Virus record (IMG/VR): IMGVR_UViG_3300009093_000036
Coordinates: 96,001-160,000 of that record
DNA length: 64,000 nucleotides
DNA from: a virus
Reading direction: 5' to 3' (one strand)
Notes under the pieces: generated by a model
Databases searched by the model: none
Seen by the model: only the letters and a program-made list of their open reading frames with translations
Told to the model about the DNA's origin: nothing
Shown: in pieces, positions 26,605-34,313 of the stretch
Numbering within the stretch: position 1 is the stretch's first letter
Layout: every line of letters begins with the position of its first letter
Program-made: the position numbers and the translations under genes

Positions 26605-27071
26605 GTTCGTTTCCTTCGGTTCGGTGTAGTGAAGGCGATGCGTCTCGCCTCTTCCAACGTGTAGCGCTTCGTCAGCATCAACCTGGAGATTCTGCGGCGC
26701 AGAGCGCCATCATGAAGCCCCAGCTCCTCCGCCTTCTCATAGATGGTGAAGCGTTTTCCATCTAGCTCATAGATGAATCCGGACTTGTTTGAGTTCTGAA
26801 CCGACTTCGTCGACCAGCGACAGTTGCCTGGTTCGTACCCCTTGTCTGGATCGATGCGATCGAGCGAGTACTTCTTCGAGGGACGCTTGCCGACGTCATT
26901 CAAGAACGAAGCGAAGCCGCCCGGCCCCACCCAGTCGAAGTAGACGAGGATCCCGCGACCGCCGTAGTCCGGGTAGCTCTTGTGCTTCGGGTTCGTGCAC
27001 CGCTGAATCATCATCCTCCACGACGTGTACGTCGGGGAGGACTTCCTCTTGCGTCGATGCCCGTGCGTCAT
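26601..27071 (-). CDS. HNH-type homing endonuclease
   Basis: TYTSWRMMIQRC..YGGRGI...SLDRIDPDKGYEPGNCRWST...N. Confidence 0.85.
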   Translation of the reverse strand: MTHGHRRKRKSSPTYTSWRMMIQRCTNPKHKSYPDYGGRGILVYFDWVGPGGFASFLNDVGKRPSKKYSLDRIDPDKGYEPGNCRWSTKSVQNSNKSGFIYELDGKRFTIYEKAEELGLHDGALRRRISRLMLTKRYTLEEARRIAFTTPNRRKRT

Positions 27072-27280
27072 CGAAGGATGTCGAGGAGCTTGCCCCACAA
27101 GATCTTCCCCAGACCGCCCCACGGCTGATGACAGCCAGGGGCATGGTGATCGAGTGGGATGAGCCGCTGACATCCTCCGCAGGTTTCCAGGGGCTCCCCC
27201 TGCGGGGTCTCACCCCAGCGATAGCAGAAGTCGATGTAGCGCTGGCCGTCTTCAGGCGTGAGCAGTCCGCGGTCGTCCAT
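27068..27280 (-). CDS. small Cys/His protein
   Basis: CGGC...HHAPGC. Confidence 0.5.
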   Translation of the reverse strand: MDDRGLLTPEDGQRYIDFCYRWGETPQGEPLETCGGCQRLIPLDHHAPGCHQPWGGLGKILWGKLLDILR

Positions 27281-28493
27281 CTTCGCGTTCCTTCTTCATG
27301 TCGATGATCCGGTTGGGAAGAGTCGTGAAGCGTTCACGAGGCTTGTTCTGTGCGAGTGCGACTCCGATCCCTTCCTCGTTGCCGATGAGAGTGACACCAC
27401 GCTTGGCACGCGTCACCGCCGTGTAGAGGAGCTGCCGCGACCACATGCGGATGTGCATGCCGTGACAGATGACACCGACGCTCTCCCACTCCGAGCCCTG
27501 CGCCTTGTGCACAGTCAACGCATACGCAAGTCGAAGCTGATGCATCGCGACGAGCTGTGGGTACTCCACGAACTTCCCCGGGTACTTCACGACGACCTTG
27601 CCATCCGCGATCTTGTCGATGATGCCGAGCTCTCCGTTGAAGACATTCAGGACGTAGTTGTTCTGGACGTGGATGACCTTGTCTCCCACACCTGCGAACT
27701 GCTGCATCGAAGCACGCGGCACTGCAAGCTCGATGTGCTCGCCGTCGAGTCGGTTCGGGTTCAGCTCGGAAGCGATCTCGTGGTTCAGCACCTCCGTGCC
27801 CAAGTCCCCGACGTTCATCGGAGTCAAGAGCTGGAAGCGTCCCAGGAAGAAGTTGATCTTCTGGTGGACCAACAACTGCTTCGCGAGGTCGATGACGTCG
27901 TACGCCGAGTCCATCTCGAACGCCTCGAAGTCGTCCCTCTTCGTCGTGTCGAACATCTGACCGGCGAGAATCTTCGGAGCATTCGCACAGATCCACGACT
28001 CCGCCGCGCTGCGGTGAAGCGTCTTCAGGCGTACGACGGGGACCTCACCCGAGTCGATGAGGTCTCGAAGTACGCTGCCGGCGCCGACGCTTGGGAGCTG
28101 ATCGGCGTCGCCGATGAGACGGATGCGAGCCCCCTTCTTCATGACGACCAGGAGGTGGTAGAGCATCTGCGCATCCACCATCGAGGCCTCATCCGCGATG
28201 TAGACGTCGTGCGGCAACTGGTCGGTGCCGTACTGGTCTCCGTTAAAGCCGGTGAGACGGTGGATCGTGGACGCATCCATGCCCACCACCTCCGTCATTC
28301 GCTTCGCTGCCTTGCCGGTCGGAGCGACCAAGACGACGTCCAGTCCCATCAGGCGCGTGTCGCGCAGTGCCTTCTTCAACGTCGTCGTCTTGCCGGTGCC
28401 AGGACCGCCGGTGATGATGCCGATCGGCTCCTTCGAGCAGATCAGGTCGATCGCGCGTTCCTGGTCTTCGTCACGATCCTGCTGCTGTTCCAT
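27252..28493 (-). CDS. RecD2-like SF1B helicase, C-terminal helicase half
   Basis: TGGPGTGKTT, APTGKAA, DEASM, IGDADQLPSVGAG, LAYALTVHKAQGSE, LYTAVTRAK. Confidence 0.93.
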   Translation of the reverse strand: MEQQQDRDEDQERAIDLICSKEPIGIITGGPGTGKTTTLKKALRDTRLMGLDVVLVAPTGKAAKRMTEVVGMDASTIHRLTGFNGDQYGTDQLPHDVYIADEASMVDAQMLYHLLVVMKKGARIRLIGDADQLPSVGAGSVLRDLIDSGEVPVVRLKTLHRSAAESWICANAPKILAGQMFDTTKRDDFEAFEMDSAYDVIDLAKQLLVHQKINFFLGRFQLLTPMNVGDLGTEVLNHEIASELNPNRLDGEHIELAVPRASMQQFAGVGDKVIHVQNNYVLNVFNGELGIIDKIADGKVVVKYPGKFVEYPQLVAMHQLRLAYALTVHKAQGSEWESVGVICHGMHIRMWSRQLLYTAVTRAKRGVTLIGNEEGIGVALAQNKPRERFTTLPNRIIDMKKEREDGRPRTAHA

Positions 28494-29502
28494 CGTCGTC
28501 CTCGATGTCTTCGAGCTCGGGCGGCAGCGTCTGCACGCGACCAGTCACCACGAACTCCGAGATGCCTGCTTCGTAGCGGGCGTAAGGGGTGAGCTGCACC
28601 ATCGTCGGCGAACCGTAGAGGGTGACGAACTCGGGGATGAGGGCATCGAAGTTGCTCATCAACTTCGTCGCACTGAACTCGGGGTACGTCTCCTCCACCA
28701 AGTCGATGAAGTCGGAGTAGTACATCGCCGTGTGCCCCTCCTCCGTGCACAGGCGTAGTTCGTGGAGGCAGACCGCCTTGACGCGTCGGTCGTCCACCTT
28801 CTTGTTCTCGGGCTGCGCGAGGTAGACCTTGTCGATCTTCGTGAAGGGGACGTTGTCGAGGTAGTAGAACACGACGTACGGGTCGGTTCGCAGCTCCTCC
28901 ACTGCACGAGCGCCTCGGGCCACGAAGAGGGCGTGAGCCTCCTTCGTGTCGAGACCCATCTTCATCAGGCTGTCCACCGAGTTCTTGCGCTGGACGAAGA
29001 TCCGGATGTCGATGAACTCAGCGCTCAGCCCATGCTTGGCGAACACCTGCTGGGCGCCGGCTTGATCCGAGACGATCAAGTTCCACAACCTGATCAACTC
29101 GAAGTCACCAGGGCCTGTGAGAGGAGCAAGGGTACCTGCCCCCTTCATCTGTCCGAGCGTTGCGAAGTTCTCGTACCAGTCGTCGACCAGCGCGTTCGCG
29201 TTCTTCCACGGCGCCTGGAAGTGTCGCTGCATCCATTCGAGGAAAGCCTTCCGTGTCGCCGGGAACGTTGTAACAACACGCGATGCCCGCACCTGCATGC
29301 CGTGCGTCGGATGTTCTTGCTCGTAGCCAGAGACCTCGATGTAGTCGCCGGCACGGATGCCTTCGCACACACCGACGACCTTCTGACGGGCGCCATCCTT
29401 GTCCATGAGGGTGATGACGCCCATGCCCTCAGCGCTGCCGCGGAACCGCAGTACGTCGCGGACGACGCCGTAGAGCTCGACCTCAGTCCTTGCCGACTTC
29501 AT
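28471..29502 (-). CDS. RecD2-like protein, N-terminal OB-fold/HhH half
   Basis: VSGYEQEHPTHGMQVRA, LRTDPY, VPFTKIDKV, R.KAVCLHEL..EGHT. Confidence 0.75.
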   Translation of the reverse strand: MKSARTEVELYGVVRDVLRFRGSAEGMGVITLMDKDGARQKVVGVCEGIRAGDYIEVSGYEQEHPTHGMQVRASRVVTTFPATRKAFLEWMQRHFQAPWKNANALVDDWYENFATLGQMKGAGTLAPLTGPGDFELIRLWNLIVSDQAGAQQVFAKHGLSAEFIDIRIFVQRKNSVDSLMKMGLDTKEAHALFVARGARAVEELRTDPYVVFYYLDNVPFTKIDKVYLAQPENKKVDDRRVKAVCLHELRLCTEEGHTAMYYSDFIDLVEETYPEFSATKLMSNFDALIPEFVTLYGSPTMVQLTPYARYEAGISEFVVTGRVQTLPPELEDIEDDDGTAAGS

Positions 29503-29503
29503 G

Positions 29504-29743
29504 TCAGTCCTCTTCTTCTTCGCAGAGCCCGCGCTTGGCGCCGATCCACTTCGAGATGATGAGCTTGCCCTTGTCACCGCGCTTCCAGACCTCCGAGTCC
29601 GCATGGATCTGCGACTGCGGGATCCAGTGCTCCGCCCCATCGATGACGACGAGGATGGCTTGGGTCGTCGAACGAATGCACTCCGCCACCGGGACCACGA
29701 TGTTCTTGTCGTCGTAGTCCCGGTACTGCTTCTTCGGAGGCAT
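29504..29743 (-). CDS. small hypothetical protein
   Basis: AILVVIDGAEHWIPQSQI, a recurrent small phage family. Confidence 0.65.
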   Translation of the reverse strand: MPPKKQYRDYDDKNIVVPVAECIRSTTQAILVVIDGAEHWIPQSQIHADSEVWKRGDKGKLIISKWIGAKRGLCEEEED

Positions 29744-30672
29744 CAGACGAGGTTCTCCGGCATCAGGTAGGCGAGGAGGGCGGGGTCCCAGCGATGCGAC
29801 GCAGCACACGCGAGACGAACGTGGTCGTAGCGGCTGCTGTTGTCGGTGGTGTCGTGCCAGCGAGCGTAGTTCCGAAGCCCGAGACCACGGATGAGGGTCT
29901 GGGCGAACTGCTCGACGCTCTTCATCGCCATCGCTTTCGAGAGCTCGGTCGCCGCCGGCGCGGGCGCGTTGACGGTGAAGGCGTGATAGACGGCCATCGC
30001 GAGATCGAGATGCGGCCCGAGGTCGAGCTGCTTGGCGAACGAGAGGTAGTGCTCCACGTTCGAGGCCGTCACCGCCATCTTCGAGTACTTCGCGTACGCT
30101 GCGAACTCGGAGTCACGGTTGCCCTGAAGCAGCCACTGGATCGTGAAGTCGGTCTGCGCCTTGAAGGTCGCCGAATCCGAGAAGACGGCGTTGAACATCA
30201 ACGCGATGGTCCGAGCACGCTCGAACGCCACACCCTCGGGCGGAACGAGCCCCTGCGGAGCCGAAACGAACGCCCGGATGGCCTCCCCCGTGACGGGCTT
30301 GGCGTCCCTGCTGTTCACGAGAACACCACCCAGAGTGAGGGTCACCCCGTTCACGGTGAACCACTGACGAAGCTTGTCGACGTTGGTGCTCGTCCCCTCG
30401 GGGCACGCCGAGAAGATCATCGCGAGCATCTTCCAGAGGGCGCCCTGTGTCTTGCTGGAAGGAGAAAAGGCGATCGCGTGCAGCGGGCCTGCGGAGATGC
30501 CGGCACCGTCGTACGACTGCACCGTTCCCCAGAATGCAGCTTCGACTTGCGAGAGGACGTAGAACGCACCCTCCAGATGTGTGGCGTCGGGAGCCGGGGG
30601 CTGAACACGAACTTCCCCGCGAACGAGGAACCCGGCGTAGTTGCGGAACGTCTGATACTTGGCAGTGGGCAT
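29743..30672 (-). CDS. putative lysozyme-like peptidoglycan hydrolase
   Basis: SQVEAAFWGTVQSYDGAGISAGPLH resembles E...N/Q-SYD-x-G-x-S-x-G-x-x-Q lysozyme-fold lysins. Confidence 0.5.
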   Translation of the reverse strand: MPTAKYQTFRNYAGFLVRGEVRVQPPAPDATHLEGAFYVLSQVEAAFWGTVQSYDGAGISAGPLHAIAFSPSSKTQGALWKMLAMIFSACPEGTSTNVDKLRQWFTVNGVTLTLGGVLVNSRDAKPVTGEAIRAFVSAPQGLVPPEGVAFERARTIALMFNAVFSDSATFKAQTDFTIQWLLQGNRDSEFAAYAKYSKMAVTASNVEHYLSFAKQLDLGPHLDLAMAVYHAFTVNAPAPAATELSKAMAMKSVEQFAQTLIRGLGLRNYARWHDTTDNSSRYDHVRLACAASHRWDPALLAYLMPENLV

Positions 30673-30691
30673 GGTGACTCCTTCTTGTTGT

Positions 30692-30723
30692 TGATAGGGC
30701 AAAGGAACTGGGGTCGCCCCCAG
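30692..30723 (-). promoter_or_regulatory. terminator-like hairpin (30708-30723) followed by CCCTATCA (30692-30699)
   Basis: CTGGGG-N4-CCCCAG-TTCCTTTGCCCTATCAA. Confidence 0.55.
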
Positions 30724-30730
30724 CTCACTC

Positions 30731-31585
30731 TCAGAACTCGACGACGACGGTTCGACGAACCTTCGCTTCGCGTTTCGCCCAGAACTCGACCGAGCTCTGT
30801 GCAACTCCGGTCTCGACAAGCTGATCGACGAACGAGGAGACCTCGCTCTTCGGGACCGGCATGTACCCGCGCGCAGTGGAGTCGACGGCCTGCCACGACA
30901 CCAAGATCATCTCTTCGGCCATGGGAGTCTTCTCCACTTGAACTGGGGGAGGAACGGGTTTCGCAGGAACAGCCGCCTGCTTCGGAGGCGACACTGGAGC
31001 AGGAGGTCTCCCATAGCCACCAGGGTCACCAGGCCTGAAGCCGGGCTTGTTGTGGTACGGGCTGCGCGGGTCGTCGATGGGAAGATCTTGCGGCGCTACT
31101 TCCGGCTTCGGAAGAGCCGGCAGCTTCGCGAGCTGAGCGCCCAGAGCATTCCCGAGAAGCGAAGGCTCCCCGATCTTGTCTGGGGTCCGCGCCCACTTGT
31201 TGATGGCCTTGTTCTGCGCGACCATGTCGTGCGTCAACACGGTGACGAGAGTCGGTCGCCCCGGGTACTTCCGGTCCTCACGGAACAGACCAACGAGGTC
31301 TGCCTCGAAGGTGTCCTGAAGGTCACACACGAAGTTGCAGACGGGGCTCTTCCCATCCGCGACACTCGGAGGTGCGCCTCGCACTACCTCCCACCACTCT
31401 TCGATGAGATCTCCCCGCTTCGCATTCTTCCACCCATCTTCGACGCGCAAGATCAAGTCCTTGTCTGGCATCGCTCGGAAATGAGAGCCCGCAGGTAGGC
31501 GTTCTCTCAGTTTCTCCAGGGCGTGTTCCGACACGCTGATCCCAACTACATCTCGAAGGTTCGGTGCGTTCGCTGCTTTCGCCAT
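30731..31585 (-). CDS. hypothetical protein with Pro-rich linker
   Basis: 284 aa, GAGGAGG RBS. Confidence 0.75.
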   Translation of the reverse strand: MAKAANAPNLRDVVGISVSEHALEKLRERLPAGSHFRAMPDKDLILRVEDGWKNAKRGDLIEEWWEVVRGAPPSVADGKSPVCNFVCDLQDTFEADLVGLFREDRKYPGRPTLVTVLTHDMVAQNKAINKWARTPDKIGEPSLLGNALGAQLAKLPALPKPEVAPQDLPIDDPRSPYHNKPGFRPGDPGGYGRPPAPVSPPKQAAVPAKPVPPPVQVEKTPMAEEMILVSWQAVDSTARGYMPVPKSEVSSFVDQLVETGVAQSSVEFWAKREAKVRRTVVVEF

Positions 31586-31611
31586 GTCATCCTCCTCAAA
31601 AGGGGCTTCTG

Positions 31612-31658
31612 AAGGCTCGATTCGGTTTGGTACTATACGCGAGCCTTATGCGCCAAAC
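31612..31658 (-). other. predicted H-type pseudoknot in a 5' leader
   Basis: GTTTGG/CCAAAC and AAGGCTCG/CGAGCCTT interleaved pairings. Confidence 0.4.
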
Positions 31659-31698
31659 GTCTCGCTCATCTTGCTGATAGCTCGTTGTGAGGCAAAAA

Positions 31699-31726
31699 TA
31701 GAGGGAACGGCGTACCATTCCCTCTA
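31699..31726 (-). terminator. intrinsic terminator
   Basis: TAGAGGGAA...TTCCCTCTA plus T-tract. Confidence 0.7.
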
Positions 31727-31744
31727 CGAGGCCTCCAAGAGCCT

Positions 31745-32701
31745 TCAATCCGGATTGCGGGCCCAGAACTGTTCGAGGAGCTGGACACAGAGGCCATCGA
31801 GGGCATCGTAGTCCGGTTCCTCCCGCAGCGTGGACGTCTTCACGAGCTCCTTGATCTGAACGCGCTCCGCCTCCGCCCACGCGACGAGAGCATCGTACGA
31901 CCACGCCCCACGCCGAATCGCGAGGAGCTCCTCAGCATCTGGACGGCGAACGAGGACGTAGCCGGTGGTGAGGATCTCCTTGCACATCCGCATCAGCCGG
32001 ACGAGGTGCATGGCATGCTTGGTGTCGTACCCGCTGCGAGCTTCGAGCTCGGCACGCACTGGGTTCCGCGACTTCACCCAGTGCATGTACTGGTTCCAGT
32101 GCTCGCTGGCTGCCTTGTACCGCTTCTCGTTCTGCACGAGCTCCATGACATTCGAGGAGACCTGGGTCCCCGACTCCGTCAGCTTGTCGAAGGCGCCCAT
32201 CATGTCAGGCGTGATCTTCATGTTGGGGGCGAGCCCGAACTGCTCGCGTGTCGGTGCAGCCTTCGGCGGCTCCAGCAGCCACTTCCGGTGCGTCTTGATG
32301 CGGTGGAGCTGCCCCATGGCGTAGCCGCTGAAGGTCTCCTCCGCCTTCTTCGAGACGAAGAGGTCGCGGTTGCGGCGGAGGAGGAACCCCTCGTCGGTCA
32401 TCCCTTGGATATCTTCATGCTCGACATACAGAGCTTCGACGATGTTCGGGTTGCATCCCGCGGCAAGCCGCATGAACTTCTGCAACCCGAAGATGACGAT
32501 GTCCTTGGCATCCTCATCAGGCTTCTCGGCCGCAGTCTTCGCCTCGTGCTGCTCGAACGTCTTGGCGAAGCCCAGGACGTACCGACGAGGCGGGATCGCG
32601 ACTCCCTTGAAGTCGAGGTCCGATTCCGGCATCGACGTTCCGTAGGAGTGGCTGCCCGCCTTCGCCAAGTAGATCGTGTGCTTCTCGATGTCGAAGTTCA
32701 C
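31745..32701 (-). CDS. RlaP/YcgL-type DNA polymerase beta superfamily nucleotidyltransferase
   Basis: AGSHSYGTSMPESDLDFKGV, CNPNIVE, GYDTKHAMHLVRL. Confidence 0.85.
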   Translation of the reverse strand: MNFDIEKHTIYLAKAGSHSYGTSMPESDLDFKGVAIPPRRYVLGFAKTFEQHEAKTAAEKPDEDAKDIVIFGLQKFMRLAAGCNPNIVEALYVEHEDIQGMTDEGFLLRRNRDLFVSKKAEETFSGYAMGQLHRIKTHRKWLLEPPKAAPTREQFGLAPNMKITPDMMGAFDKLTESGTQVSSNVMELVQNEKRYKAASEHWNQYMHWVKSRNPVRAELEARSGYDTKHAMHLVRLMRMCKEILTTGYVLVRRPDAEELLAIRRGAWSYDALVAWAEAERVQIKELVKTSTLREEPDYDALDGLCVQLLEQFWARNPD

Positions 32702-33360
32702 CGAGAGCCCCTGCGCCCGCTCTCGATGCTCTTCTTGTCGGCCGTCGAGAGCAGACCATGGCTGCGCAGAGCACCTGCACTGCCACCACGTGCACGCGAC
32801 GTCGCCTGCGACAGGACGGCGTACGTCCCTTCCGTGGCGCCCTTCTGGTACTTCGCTGCCGCGTTCGCGCTGATGCCGAGGCTGGCCGCACCCTGCACGG
32901 CATCGATGTCGGCGCCGAGGAAGACGAAGGTCCAGGAGTACTTCTCGGACTGCTCCTTCACCATCTCGCGGACCTTCTTGCCGTCCTTGAACTCGATCGA
33001 CGAGTTCTCCTGGCCATCGGTGATGATGACGACGATGACCTTGTCCGGACGTTCCGCTTCCGGCTTCGCGGAGAGGCGCTGGCCGAGCTCGATGATGCCG
33101 CGGGCGACCGAGTCGTACAGCGCGGTGCCGGCGCCTCCGGGCTTGTAGCTGAGGGTCGTCAGCTCCGGGACCTCCGCCAGCGGCTTGTCGACGTACTCGA
33201 CCTTGTAGGCGCGGTCGAACTTGATGAGCGACATCGTCGCCGGCTTCGGGTCCTTCTTCTGCTCGTTGAGGTAGATGTTGAACCCGGCGATGGTCTCCAG
33301 CGTGCAGTTGTCCATGCTGGGGCTCTCGTCGAGGATGATCATGATCGCGGTCTGGTCCAT
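32698..33360 (-). CDS. von Willebrand factor A domain protein
   Basis: ILDESPSM (MIDAS), TALYD, VIITDGQENSS, FVFLGA. Confidence 0.9.
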   Translation of the reverse strand: MDQTAIMIILDESPSMDNCTLETIAGFNIYLNEQKKDPKPATMSLIKFDRAYKVEYVDKPLAEVPELTTLSYKPGGAGTALYDSVARGIIELGQRLSAKPEAERPDKVIVVIITDGQENSSIEFKDGKKVREMVKEQSEKYSWTFVFLGADIDAVQGAASLGISANAAAKYQKGATEGTYAVLSQATSRARGGSAGALRSHGLLSTADKKSIESGRRGSR

Positions 33361-33388
33361 CTGCGTTTCTCCTTGTTGGTTCAAAAGA

Positions 33389-33414
33389 AGAAGGGCTGCC
33401 GCAGCAGCCCTTCT
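33389..33414 (-). terminator. intrinsic terminator downstream of tmRNA
   Basis: AGAAGGGCTGC-N4-GCAGCCCTTCT plus TCTTTT. Confidence 0.75.
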
Positions 33415-33512
33415 AGGTGATCCGTCGCGTGTTCGCGACACAGGTACGTCGGCTTTCGGCTACCACCCCGACCGACGCGGTTGCATAGAGCTACCCCTCC
33501 TTTCTTACTTGA

Positions 33513-33899
33513 TGGAGCTGTCGGGAATCGAACCCGAGTCCGCGGTGCCTTCTTCTGTGCGTCTACGTGCGTAGCACTTAACTTGATGTTCGCCTTGCGG
33601 CCCGCCATCTAGCTCCGTGTCGAGCTGCGGTTAGGGGCCTCACGGCCCTCCACCAGTTCCCAAGAGCGCCTTGCGGCCCCCGCTTGAGTACGGCCGGGGT
33701 TTGCCTAGCTCGATTACGCCAGTTCGAGAGAGCGCTAGGCGGCTCTCCCGGCTGACGGCTCAGGCCGCGTTCGCGAGAACGGGCTGGGCGTAGCTGCTGT
33801 CGTTCGCAGTTACTGATGGTCCGCTTTTTACGAGGCCTGCTGACCAACCTCGGCACGCAACACAGTCGTCGAACACCACGTCGAAACCATTACAGCCCC
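33513..33899 (-). ncRNA. ssrA: transfer-messenger RNA (tmRNA), tag (A)NDSSYAQPVLANAA*
   Basis: 5' GGGGCTGTAATGGTTTCGAC; 3' T-arm GGTTCGATTCC and CAGCTCCA with G3-U70; resume codon GCG at 33807, stop at 33760-33762. Confidence 0.95.
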
Positions 33900-34020
33900 A
33901 GAACTAGAACTTGATGAACAGACCCGGCGGATGGGACAACCGCCGGGCTTTGACTCCCGTCTTCGAGGATCTGTCCTCCCTCTTGAACCACAACATCCGA
34001 AGCCCACGTATGGACAATCA

Positions 34021-34275
34021 TCATGTTGGGCATGCGGGCGCTACCCGCTTGCGTTCATGTCCGTTCGCGCCGGTCCACCACCTCACGTGGAAGGGTTTCC
34101 CTGGCGTGTCCCAGACTACTCTCACCGGCGCGATTACGGGGACGCCGGCATCTCCCCATCCCATTGGCCCACTACGGGCGCTGCCCAGGAGGTCCCGCTC
34201 CTGAGACTCTGCATCCCCGCTGCACATGACGAGCGCGAGGAGAACCATGACGGAGAACATCAGGATGATGATCAC
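34021..34275 (-). CDS. small exported or lipoprotein-like protein
   Basis: MIIILMFSVMVLLALVMC hydrophobic leader; sigma70-like promoter upstream. Confidence 0.5.
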   Translation of the reverse strand: MIIILMFSVMVLLALVMCSGDAESQERDLLGSARSGPMGWGDAGVPVIAPVRVVWDTPGKPFHVRWWTGANGHERKRVAPACPT

Positions 34276-34280
34276 TGCAC

Positions 34281-34313
34281 CATCCTTATAGATGAACTTC
34301 GCCGGCTTTTCAA
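34281..34313 (-). promoter_or_regulatory. sigma70-like promoter TTGAAA-N17-TATAAG
   Basis: -35 at 34308-34313, -10 at 34285-34290. Confidence 0.55.

Noticed and set aside
33511-33545. tRNA-like T-arm/acceptor sequence
   Set aside because: It is the 3' end of the tmRNA, not a separate tRNA; no other tRNA was recognised
33381-33856. ORFs 33381-33608 and 33578-33856
   Set aside because: They overlap the tmRNA and terminator; only the tag reading frame is meaningful
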